Source of the DNA: Craspedostauros australis
Taxonomy: Eukaryota
Direction of reading: 5' to 3'
NCBI GenBank assembly: GCA_030167865.1
Contig: JALAGF010006125.1
Coordinates: 1-55,564, forward strand
Length of the DNA stretch: 55,564 nucleotides
How positions within the stretch are numbered: the stretch's first letter is position 1; every line of letters begins with the position of its first letter. Of the stretch, positions 11,327 through 20,744 are shown in pieces. Both the position numbers and the translations under genes were made by a program. The notes under the pieces are model-generated. The model did no database searches, was not told where the DNA came from, and saw nothing but the letters and a program-made list of their open reading frames with translations.

Positions 11327-11447
11327 GGTTGTGTCCCGACTTCATCTCCCGGATCCAACAACTACTTCAAGGGTTGTGTCCCAACTTCGTCTCCCGGATC
11401 CAACATCTACTCCAAGGGTTGTGTCCCGAGTTCATCTCCTGAATTCC
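11327..11447. repeat. 45-bp tandem repeat, about 2.7 copies
   Basis: GGTTGTGTCCC(G/A)ACTTC(A/G)TCTCCCGGATCCAACA(A/T)CTACT(T/C)CAAG at 11327 and 11372, partial copy at 11417. Confidence 0.9.
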
Positions 11448-11760
11448 ATCGTCATCTCTTGTGCGACTACTATTTCTTCGTTCAATCGAGGGCACAGAGC
11501 AGAGATTTCTGCATTGTCCCAATGGCACTCACCCTTCTCACTGTCACATGTTAGTGGGATTTGTCAAAATAGGAAGAGAGCAAGACACACCGACACACAG
11601 AGAGACGCAAAGGTATGGAATACATGGGGCATCGAACTGCTTCTCTACACATTGTGGTATAGTACACTGTGCGAGTACAATCGACACTCATCACAATGCT
11701 CACACGCTCATTAATTCAGTCATCTCTTCTCATGCATCCATGCATCCAGCCGTACTCATA

Positions 11761-12729
11761 TTAATATTGATGCTGCTGCTGTTGCGATCGCTGCTGGCTC
11801 CATTCGATGTAGGTCTCCTCCCAAGTCCGCAAGGCCTTCTTCATGTCCTTCTTGATCGCATTCCCAATGGTCTTGCCCATGCGCTCTTCCGACGCCTGCT
11901 TGTCCTCGCCGATCCACCGAAACAACAGGGGCGGAATGGGAAAATTGATCTCGATGAACCCTTCGCACCGGAATACATTGCTGTCACCGTTGCGTTGCAT
12001 GCCGATCGTACTGAAAAAGTCAGATTTGCGTGCACTGTCCTTGTTCTGCTTGCCGTTGCGCGATCCCGTGATGCGATCGAAGATGTACGTGACGGGTGTG
12101 AGGCCCTTGGCGCACAGCTCATCCTGGATCAGCACGAATTCGAAGATGGGGTATCCATTCGATTGCCTGCGCAGCTTGACGCCGAGGTAGGCGGACCATT
12201 CGATGGTCAGGCCAGGAATGGAGATGCCGACGGTGCGGACGTTAAGGATGATGTCGCGGTCCGTCGGAGTCTTGGCGCCCACGCGGACGCAGGCCTCCTT
12301 CCAGTTCTGCATCAATTGCGGTGTGGGTTTGGTTCTGGAGCTTGGCATCGAAGCACCGAAGGAAAGGTGCTTGGGATTGCGAAAGTAGTCGATCGCTTCT
12401 TTCGGCGTGCTGCTTGGCACGGGCGTGGAGTCCGTCGCGAATTCCGCCAAGAACGTCAGGCAGCGGTCATCATTCTTCTTTTGCGATGATGTTCCGGATG
12501 CTGATCGTTTGGGTGCAGCAAGTGACGCTTGCTCCTCCTTCGTCTGCGTTTCCACGGCAGCTTCGAGTCTGATGCCATGTGAGTTTGACGTCCGGACAGT
12601 GTGTTCGGAAGATAGATGATGCACTCCAAATGCCGTGCAGCTTGAAGTTCCCAGGCAGCAGATGAGGATCAGCAGCGCCACATTGACAATCCGATGGCCT
12701 GGTGATGTCATCGTCGCTGTCCTTGCCAT
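11761..12729 (-). CDS. Hypothetical protein, SRPBCC/START (DUF1997-like) fold suspected; bipartite plastid presequence
   Basis: Leader VNVALLILICCLGTSSCTA-FG (ASAFAP-like). Core IPGLTI...YPIFEFVLIQDE...IFDRITG and C-terminal IEINFPIPPLLFRWI. Paralogue of the next gene; start codon uncertain (12729 or 12711). Confidence 0.8.
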   Translation of the reverse strand: MARTATMTSPGHRIVNVALLILICCLGTSSCTAFGVHHLSSEHTVRTSNSHGIRLEAAVETQTKEEQASLAAPKRSASGTSSQKKNDDRCLTFLAEFATDSTPVPSSTPKEAIDYFRNPKHLSFGASMPSSRTKPTPQLMQNWKEACVRVGAKTPTDRDIILNVRTVGISIPGLTIEWSAYLGVKLRRQSNGYPIFEFVLIQDELCAKGLTPVTYIFDRITGSRNGKQNKDSARKSDFFSTIGMQRNGDSNVFRCEGFIEINFPIPPLLFRWIGEDKQASEERMGKTIGNAIKKDMKKALRTWEETYIEWSQQRSQQQQHQY

Positions 12730-13508
12730 TCTGCGTCGTTGCGATCTTCCGCAATCTCTATTTGCCATTGCACAACTACTCTGCTCGATCTCACAACCTT
12801 GGTCAACAACCTTGGTAGGGTATGTCCTTCCTTTGCAATAGAGTGCGTGTACGTGTACGTCGAAGTGTGCCACAAGGCATCAGATAGATGGATGCTGTGG
12901 CATGCGATGAAGTCTCCGAACGCCTCCCGTCTTTCTCATCTTGGCGAGGTCATTGGCACCATCCGCAACGCAGATGTTGGTTGTTCTTGGATTCCTCCGC
13001 TCTCGTTTGGTGTCGGCGCCAAGTTGAAGTTCGGCAGATGTTTGATTTCTCGTTGACATGTTTTCACCATTCGGTGGCTGTGCTGTTTCCGACATCCAGG
13101 TTCGTTCTCCGCAACCTTCTCCTCTTCGCTGGGTGGGTTCTACGGACTCCTGGTGCCAAAACGCTTCGCACCACGATGACAACGCGGACATTCCGGTCCA
13201 CAGATCGTGGGTGGCACGAACGCTTCGCCAAATGTGGACGTGCACAAGAATCCACATGAATGCCAGCTGCATGCTTCTCCTCTGTGGGATGTGGATCCTA
13301 TCGGTATTCTTGTGAGAGGTGAAGAGATATAAAGTTCATTGCTTGGACTAGAGTATTGTTGCTCATTCTTTAGTTCGCTGCCTTCACACTTATCGGTCGC
13401 AACCTGAGTGAACGTGATTGTCAGCCGTCTTTTTGTTCGATTCTGTGCTACACTTATCAGATCTCATGGTAAGTGTTGGGTTCTGCTGCGCTCCATCCGT
13501 ACCTGCGT

Positions 13509-14573
13509 TCAACGAAACAATCGAGACACGCGCGCAAATGGTCGTTGTCGTTGGTTGTTTGCTTGCGACTCGCAAGCGCCACCTCGAGGAGGAGCCTGAT
13601 TTTGCTCCAACCATTGCGTCAATGCGGACTGGATCTTCTGCATCGACTTGGTGCCCTCACGTCGCAGCTGGCCCACCATGGCGGTGGAGACCTTCTGCTG
13701 CACGGATTCCTTGGACATGGGCAGCATGCGCAGGACGGCGTTGGGCACGCGGCACGAGACGCGCACGATGCCGTGGTACTGCATCGTCAAAGCGCCGGCG
13801 GTGTTGCGCCACAGGCCATCGCTGACCATGGTGATGCGGCTCACGGCGCGCGTGACGCGGCTGCTGTCGTCATCGGCATTTGGCACGGCGCCAGCTTTCT
13901 CGCCCGTGACCTTGTTGAACAACCACACCAAGGGTCTGGCACCCGATGCGGCGTACTCGTCGAAGACCAGAGTGAACTCGAAGATTGGCAAGGAGGTTTC
14001 CGGATTGCGCAGGATCTTGCAGCCCATGTAGGATGTGGCGTCGATGCGCAGGCCCGGGATGAGGTTGACGCTGCTTTGCACGGCGATGATGGGGTCCGAC
14101 AGCTGCGGGGTGGTGGTGCCCATGGCCCTGGCTTGCTCCTTCCAGATCTCAAGGAGTTCGTTCGTCATGGGGAGGTTCTCGATGGGATTGTCGCCGCCCT
14201 TGAGGAGGATGGCGAGGTTGTCGCTGTTCTGGAAGAAGGAGTTGAGCTGGTCGTTGTTGATGGAGGTGATGGGTTCGCTGCTGGTTTCGTAGATGCCCTC
14301 AAAGTCCAGCCGGGCCTTGCTGCTTTGCTTGGTCTTGTGGGCGTCGGCTTCAACGTTGGTGCTGACCATCTCGTCCATGCCTGCGACGTGGGTAGCGGCC
14401 AATGCCGTGTTGCCAGGCATGGAGGAGAGGGTGGGGACGCCGCCACGCTGCGCGACCTTGCACTCCACCAGGCTGCACTTGGCAGAAATCATCATGAGGC
14501 ATGCGGAGAGCATGGCGAACATCTTGTACTCCCAACGGAAGTTGCGGAGCGAGGTTGTTGTTGTGCTGGTCAT
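13509..14573 (-). CDS. Hypothetical protein, tandem paralogue of 11761-12729, with signal-peptide-like leader
   Basis: Core IPGLRI...LPIFEFTLVFDE...LFNKVTG and VRVSCRVPNAVLRMLP. Leader MFAMLSACLMMISAKCSLVEC. ORF 13509..14942; start uncertain. Confidence 0.8.
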   Translation of the reverse strand: MTSTTTTSLRNFRWEYKMFAMLSACLMMISAKCSLVECKVAQRGGVPTLSSMPGNTALAATHVAGMDEMVSTNVEADAHKTKQSSKARLDFEGIYETSSEPITSINNDQLNSFFQNSDNLAILLKGGDNPIENLPMTNELLEIWKEQARAMGTTTPQLSDPIIAVQSSVNLIPGLRIDATSYMGCKILRNPETSLPIFEFTLVFDEYAASGARPLVWLFNKVTGEKAGAVPNADDDSSRVTRAVSRITMVSDGLWRNTAGALTMQYHGIVRVSCRVPNAVLRMLPMSKESVQQKVSTAMVGQLRREGTKSMQKIQSALTQWLEQNQAPPRGGACESQANNQRQRPFARVSRLFR

Positions 14574-15541
14574 GTTGATTCTGGATGTGGTGTTGTAATT
14601 GTGGTTGTAATTGTGACTGCAATGAGCGAAGTTGTGATGGTTGTGATTGTTGTGATGAATGGGGTGTTCTGATGAATGTGATGTTGTGAAGAATGAAGCT
14701 GGGAGATTTGTGTCAATGTTGTGATGCAGTTCCGATGCTGTTGTTTTTATGATTGCTTCTGACCCCTCTCCCTCCCTCTGTCTGCCCATGTCTGCGCCTG
14801 CACCACTGCCATCCATGCTCCCTCCCGTTGCCACAGCCCTGTTGGCTCTCCCATTGCTCCACTCTCGCGGGTACCGCACTCGATCATCCCTTCGAGACCT
14901 TCGGTGAAGATTTGTGTTTGGTGCTATTGATGTCATCGGCATCGATGTTGTTGGCGAAGGTTGCTCTCATGCACGATAGCAATAAATGCGAAAGCAGGAT
15001 GCAGTGACCTCATGTTGGTGACCTCGATTTGGTCATGGCGCGATGGACCTTGGATGCGGGATTGTTCTGCGCAGTTTCGGGGATTCTTGGCGGCATTTTG
15101 CGTCCTTCTCCAATCCACGAGTATCCAAGATTCATGGATCACTGACAAGACACCCAACTCATTCGTGTCCCTCTTGGCTTGAGTCGTAACAACAACACAT
15201 CCTCAGGGACAAGATCCACAACAACACGCAAGATTAGCAGCGGCTGTCGAGAAGTGTGTTGATGTGAGCTACGTGTACAACCCAATCTACTGTGGTGTTC
15301 TCTCCACTTGTAGTACTCGCACCAGCTACACGCATCCCGATGGCACATGGAGAAGAGCAAGGCCGTTTGGTTTACATAGAGTCGAGTAGAAGTGTGGATG
15401 ATTCATGCATTCCATGTGTTCAACCAGTAACCATACTATACAGATGAGATTAGAACAAACAAGGCGCTCCACGACTATGTACCATGCTGCATTCGTAACA
15501 TTCTTGAAAGTGCTACGCTATGCTATGCTATGCTCTACTCT

Positions 15542-16960
15542 CTAGCTATATCTGACTTGGAATAGGCCGCTCTTCGTGATGTTGCGCACGCCCTTGTAGG
15601 GACGGTATCCTTCCCCCCGCACGGTCAACCCGCTGACGCTGAGACCGCTGACGGATGACAACGGCACCTTCCAATGCAACGACAAGGACGGCGCGGCCAC
15701 GGTCTCCTCCGACGCGTTGAACTTGATGTTGGCCACGAATTGGCATCGGCGCATGGTGACGTCGTCCAACAGCTTGCCGATCGTCCATTTGGCCACCTTG
15801 CCCGCCTCATCGTAGACGAAGGTGCCGTGCGTGACCTGGATCGATACGGTGCGCGCCTGCTTGGGGAAGGGTATCGTGACGGCCACATCCTCGATCTCCA
15901 CGCTGCCGCCCTTGCGCGAAGATGACATGACGAGCGACGACAGCGACCGCGCTCGCAGGTGCGTCATGAGGACGGCGGATGATTCGGCGCTGGCCGAGCC
16001 GGCTGCCGCCGTGGCGTTGACGTTCCACTGCGCGTTGACTTCGATGGGCGGCGAGAAGAAGGACTTCTTCTCCGGCGTGATGGAGTAGCGCATCAATTCG
16101 AAGTTGCCGTCGGGCGGGACGAAGCTGACGACCTGGTCGTTCTCGAACCTGGCGTACCTGACGCAGGGGTGGAAGCTGCAATCATCGATGAGGGACGGAT
16201 CCTGAAAGGTCATGAGCAGATCCGGCACGCCGCTGAGCTGCGATTGGCATTGGATGCTGCCGGAGACGTCGGACGAGACGAGCGTCCCCGTCGAAGCGTC
16301 GATGATCGCATCCACCGCCTCGATGATGTCCATGTAAATCTCGTTCTGGCCGTACGAGACCCCGGCGGCGCGCCATGGCATGTTGCTGATGGTCCCGCTG
16401 GGCAGCTGTCCCGACACGGTGGTGTTGTTGAAGACGACCGACGAGAGCTTGGAGATGACGGAGGGCGGGCGGATCATGGCCTTGAGGGCGTTGGGCTCCG
16501 TCGTGAGCGGCCAGCCGTTGTCCACCATCTCCTCCAGCAGCTGGTAGACCGTGGAGAAGTTGTCCTTGATGGCGGACTCGTCGGCGGGACTGCCGAAGTA
16601 CTCCACGAAGATGCTGGCGATTCTGTGCAGGAACTCCACGATCATGAGCGGGCTGACCTCCGCCGTGAGCACCGCCAGGTACGACAGGCCGTCCCGCAGC
16701 ACGGAGACCAGATAGACGGTGCCATGGTCACCCTCCGGCACCTCCATCACCGGCAGCACTGAGTCGTGGATGGGCAGCAGCAGCTGCTGCTCCTCGCTCG
16801 TCAGCAGGGACGTCGTCATGGACAGCCCACCATGGTGGTTCACGGAGACGGAGGCCTTGTCCCAGAAGTAGTCGCACACCGATCGCGACGTCACTCCTCG
16901 GAAGTGCCGCTCGATCAGCACTTCGCCCGTCGGCGACAGGATGAACAGGGATTGGATCAT
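15542..16960 (-). CDS. AP3M: AP-3 adaptor complex mu subunit
   Basis: MIQSLFILSPTGEVLIERHFR, IKDNFSTVYQLLEEMVDNGWPLTTEPNALK, MPWR, NEIYMDIIE, DDCSFHPCVR, SFVPPDGNFELMRY, YRPYKGVRNITKSG: mu3-type signatures; single exon. Confidence 0.95.
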   Translation of the reverse strand: MIQSLFILSPTGEVLIERHFRGVTSRSVCDYFWDKASVSVNHHGGLSMTTSLLTSEEQQLLLPIHDSVLPVMEVPEGDHGTVYLVSVLRDGLSYLAVLTAEVSPLMIVEFLHRIASIFVEYFGSPADESAIKDNFSTVYQLLEEMVDNGWPLTTEPNALKAMIRPPSVISKLSSVVFNNTTVSGQLPSGTISNMPWRAAGVSYGQNEIYMDIIEAVDAIIDASTGTLVSSDVSGSIQCQSQLSGVPDLLMTFQDPSLIDDCSFHPCVRYARFENDQVVSFVPPDGNFELMRYSITPEKKSFFSPPIEVNAQWNVNATAAAGSASAESSAVLMTHLRARSLSSLVMSSSRKGGSVEIEDVAVTIPFPKQARTVSIQVTHGTFVYDEAGKVAKWTIGKLLDDVTMRRCQFVANIKFNASEETVAAPSLSLHWKVPLSSVSGLSVSGLTVRGEGYRPYKGVRNITKSGLFQVRYS

Positions 16961-17331
16961 GCTTTGGCACTGCTTCGCTCTGTGACTGCTGTGGCTGCTG
17001 TGACTGCTGTGACTGATGTGCGGAGGGTGGGATGTGGCGCCGTGGATGCTTCGTCAACTCAGCTCAATCAGTGCCTCAATCAGGGCCTCAGGTGGCGTCC
17101 GTTCCTTCTTCTTGCTGCTGCTGTTGTGCCTCGGCGAGCTGCGGTGCGAACGGCCGCTGTGCCATGCCATCCGCCATGGTCGGATCGTCGGATCTCCTCC
17201 CTCCTCGTTTGGCTTCTTGTTGTGTCTTGCTCTCCTGTTGGTTCGCCACGAAAGGTTTCTTGGTTCCATTCCCGTACGGGATTGGTTCATGAATCAAATG
17301 AAACACGACATATGACTCGATGGATTAAAAT

Positions 17332-17409
17332 TAGCGTTGGGTCATGTGCTAAAACGTCCATTTTGTGTCCTAGGACACAATATCACGTTTTAAACACTCG
17401 ACAAGGCTA
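17332..17409. repeat. Imperfect 78-bp palindrome in divergent intergenic region
   Basis: Perfect 18-bp core TTGTGTCCTAGGACACAA (17363-17380), flanked by TAAAACGT/ACGTTTTA and TAGC.TTG/CAA.GCTA. Confidence 0.8.
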
Positions 17410-18046
17410 TTAATAAGCTGTTTTACGAGCGTCGTTGGAATGTCGTATCAGAATCGCCGCTAAGCAAGGTGGATTCAGCGAGTCGCAGGCAAGCGTTGGG
17501 CGATGTCATTTTGTGGTGACAACATCCCACGGGTTTGCGGTCACACAACCATGGAAAAAACTCGCAACCGCGCCAACAAAACAGCAACATCACCAACAAC
17601 GGTGTGATCATTCATGGCGCACGCGGCAGTACTGGAAGTGACTCGAAGCCTCCTGAGTTGAAAGTCAACGGCAGCGACATCTGGGCTTCCTTCCAGTACC
17701 CTACTCCACTCTACCATACTCAATTTAGTTGATGCATACCCAACGCCAACGTTTGCGGAAGCACCATTCACCTTCAGCAACCAACACAACGATCATCGTT
17801 TGTGTTTGAAGCAGCAACAACAACAACAACATCTCCTTGAGTATCATCGCAACAGCAGCAACATCAAACAAACGAACAACTGCTTCTGGTTACCGCCCTC
17901 AAAGCAACAGAAACCCACTACCGCAATCCAGTTCTTCATGCATACATCCACTCATTCGAGAACACTTGACAACAGCATACACGTAGAGGAGAACGGGTAC
18001 GAAAGAGAAGGAGGCGCACATCATCGAGTACTACAGGACGAGTACA

Positions 18047-20362
18047 ATGGTCGTCGGCAAGCAGAGGATACGCGGGTCACCGACTGCAGGAGAGGCTGCA
18101 ATGGTTCGTCAAGTCGGTGCAAAGGGAGTCATCGGCGGCGGCGGAGGTGGTGGGGATAGAGGCCGTGCATCATCCGGCAGACAACAACAGCGAAGAAGGC
18201 AAGCCAGCGTGACGAGGAAGAACAGCCTCACAAGCAGCAACGGGAGCAACAGCAGGTCAAATTCAAAGTCCAAGTCCAAGCAGAATCAACGGCAACGCAG
18301 TATGAAGGGCAGGGGAAGAGGGCGATCGACATCGACGCAGCGCAGGGCCAAGAAGAATGGTCGAGATGGAAGTCTCAGTGCATTCGGCAGAAACAGATCA
18401 GCGTCACTGCGTTCCAAGCGGTCACTGTCGTTGGACAACAGTATTCGCAAAGTCGGCTTTCGACGGAGGTTGGGATCGCTAGCATCAGCTTCGAATCCTT
18501 CGCAACCAACATCGATGATGGGTAGAAAGCCATCGTCAACGTCCACACCGACATCCGGCAGTGGCAACATTGGCAACAGCAGCATGAGAGCATCTCCAGC
18601 AACGCGTGCTGCCACCCAGACACCGAAGAAGAACTTCCATGTGCGCATCACGTTGGGATATGTCACGGGTCTCATGGTGGAGCAGAAGAATCGGAAGCGC
18701 AACTTCAACAACTCCCTCGTCGTCGGATACGCAGCGCTGTATAAATCTCCAGCCAAGTTGGCCGTCAGCCAACCCATCTCGTCCACGATCGGAGACGACG
18801 CGAGGTCGAAGCATCAGAAGATCATCTGGATGTCGGGAAGAGGCAAGGCATCGCCAGCAGCGGGGAACAAGATGCGTCGGCGTTTGCAGTTCTGCGTCCA
18901 GCTGGATCACGAAGATGATACATTCGATGATATCGACGATGATTCGAAGCATTCCATTGCCCCTTACGTTCCGGAGGTCGTCAAGCTCGTCATTGGGATC
19001 AAGTGCGGCGACCAGTCCTACAATCTCGGTATCGCGAATCTCGTCATCAGTGGAAACAACGTGGCCAACCAGAAGGTCGACATGGCTGTGCGCGCTGTCA
19101 ATGCACAGGGGACGAGGTCAAGGCAGCGCAAGGGTCTGTTCAGCAAGAAGATGGGAGGCGGCGTCGGCTCTGATGGCAAGGCCACGCACGGCAACTTCAC
19201 ATACGGCCTTGCGCCCAATTCTGCATTCCGCGTCCGTCTCGACGTGCAGGAGGGGAATCCTGGCGACACGGAAGCGTTCTTCGACATGCGCGGAGACGAT
19301 GAATCCTACACCACCAAGTTCAGTCTAGATCGCAGCTTCACCGGTTCCAGCATCATCGACAGTCAGATGAGATCACCTCCTGGCACTCCGCAACATTTCC
19401 AGTACCATCAGCAGCAACAACAGCAATACTATCAACAACAACATCTGCAGCAGCACAATAGCGAAAGACAGCGGCAACAACAGCAACAGCAAAACGGATC
19501 AACGCCGATACAACGCAGCTTCGTGTCACCTCACGCGGAACCAAAGACTTCGCCGATGATGTCGCCATTCATGGCACCGTTCATGAGCAGCAGCCCGAAG
19601 AACGAAACGAATGATTGGAACAACCAGGCTCAGACGCAAGCACAGGCACAAAGGTTGGCACAAGGACAGCACCACAGTCCGGCGAACCATGCATCTGCAC
19701 ACGGAACACCGCGATCACGCAGTTCGTTCACTGGGGAGGAGGGCGCTGCACCCTTCGATTTCCTCGTCGTCAAGATGGACGATATGTCCGTGGTGTCATC
19801 GCTCACCAAGTCCATGAGGTTCACGAATCCCTTCCAATGTCTCACATCAGGAATGTGTGGGTCTGAAGACGGGACCACCTCCAACCTGCGCAACGGGGGC
19901 AGCCATGAGAGCACGGATGAATCCTCGGATGAGGACGATGATGATGAAGACGACGACGACGGATCCTCCAGCTGGGATCACGAGTCGGTGAATCAAGGGA
20001 ATGACAGAACACTGAACAAAGGCAGACATACCACGCGCAATCCGAATACGCCTTCTGGCAACAGTCGCAACAGGAACCGCCTTCGCAATCTTGATCGCGG
20101 TGAACTGAGGGTGAACACCAACATCGCCATGGAAGGCCGAGACGATGCTCCCGTCTTGTCCCCACAGAATCGTAAGAAGCCATTGCAACTTCCGAACAAA
20201 CGACGGCCGCCAGGTGGCAATGCGCAGAACTCGGACGACCTCTCTGCAACCGACCTGACCCATGAAACTATGACGGATCTTCGTGATGCCCAAGTGACCT
20301 TACGCCGTTACGCGGACAAGGTCGGCATCAGCATGGAGGAGTTGTTGGAGGGCAGGACGTAG
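18047..20362 (+). CDS. Hypothetical protein with basic disordered N-terminus, C2-like domain (paralogue B) and poly-Q/acidic tail
   Basis: 771-aa ORF; FHVRITLGYVTGL, YVPEVVKLVIGIKCG..LGIANLVISG..VDMAVR, YGLAPNSAFRVRLDV. Confidence 0.85.
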   Translation: MVVGKQRIRGSPTAGEAAMVRQVGAKGVIGGGGGGGDRGRASSGRQQQRRRQASVTRKNSLTSSNGSNSRSNSKSKSKQNQRQRSMKGRGRGRSTSTQRRAKKNGRDGSLSAFGRNRSASLRSKRSLSLDNSIRKVGFRRRLGSLASASNPSQPTSMMGRKPSSTSTPTSGSGNIGNSSMRASPATRAATQTPKKNFHVRITLGYVTGLMVEQKNRKRNFNNSLVVGYAALYKSPAKLAVSQPISSTIGDDARSKHQKIIWMSGRGKASPAAGNKMRRRLQFCVQLDHEDDTFDDIDDDSKHSIAPYVPEVVKLVIGIKCGDQSYNLGIANLVISGNNVANQKVDMAVRAVNAQGTRSRQRKGLFSKKMGGGVGSDGKATHGNFTYGLAPNSAFRVRLDVQEGNPGDTEAFFDMRGDDESYTTKFSLDRSFTGSSIIDSQMRSPPGTPQHFQYHQQQQQQYYQQQHLQQHNSERQRQQQQQQNGSTPIQRSFVSPHAEPKTSPMMSPFMAPFMSSSPKNETNDWNNQAQTQAQAQRLAQGQHHSPANHASAHGTPRSRSSFTGEEGAAPFDFLVVKMDDMSVVSSLTKSMRFTNPFQCLTSGMCGSEDGTTSNLRNGGSHESTDESSDEDDDDEDDDDGSSSWDHESVNQGNDRTLNKGRHTTRNPNTPSGNSRNRNRLRNLDRGELRVNTNIAMEGRDDAPVLSPQNRKKPLQLPNKRRPPGGNAQNSDDLSATDLTHETMTDLRDAQVTLRRYADKVGISMEELLEGRT

Positions 20363-20744
20363 GGCTTGGAGTAGCGGTGTTGCTGCGTTGAGTGAGGTTG
20401 AGTGAGGTTCAAAGGAATGGTAACACCATGTGTAGAGTGACTTTCTTCAACTTGAAGTATACGTACGTACGACCAGCAAATGGAAGAAATCGATTGGACA
20501 TCATTCTCAACTACGAACGACATGGAAGAGCTGCATGATCTTGTGGAATATCATCGCTAAACCTTTATGCACACGAAGTGAAACACCTGAGTGTCGAAGA
20601 GAGTGAAGTAAGAACGATTAAGTTGGTTTCGATTGAATGTACTATGCGATGTAATTGTGTTTGGATTAAAATCAAGTGAAGCAGAGTCGAATCGAACGAT
20701 GCTTCTTCTAATGCCACATTCGTTCGTTAGAGAGAGGAGAGGAC

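Noticed and set aside
11327..11447. CRISPR-like array
   Set aside because: Contiguous repeats without unique spacers, in a eukaryotic context with no cas genes.
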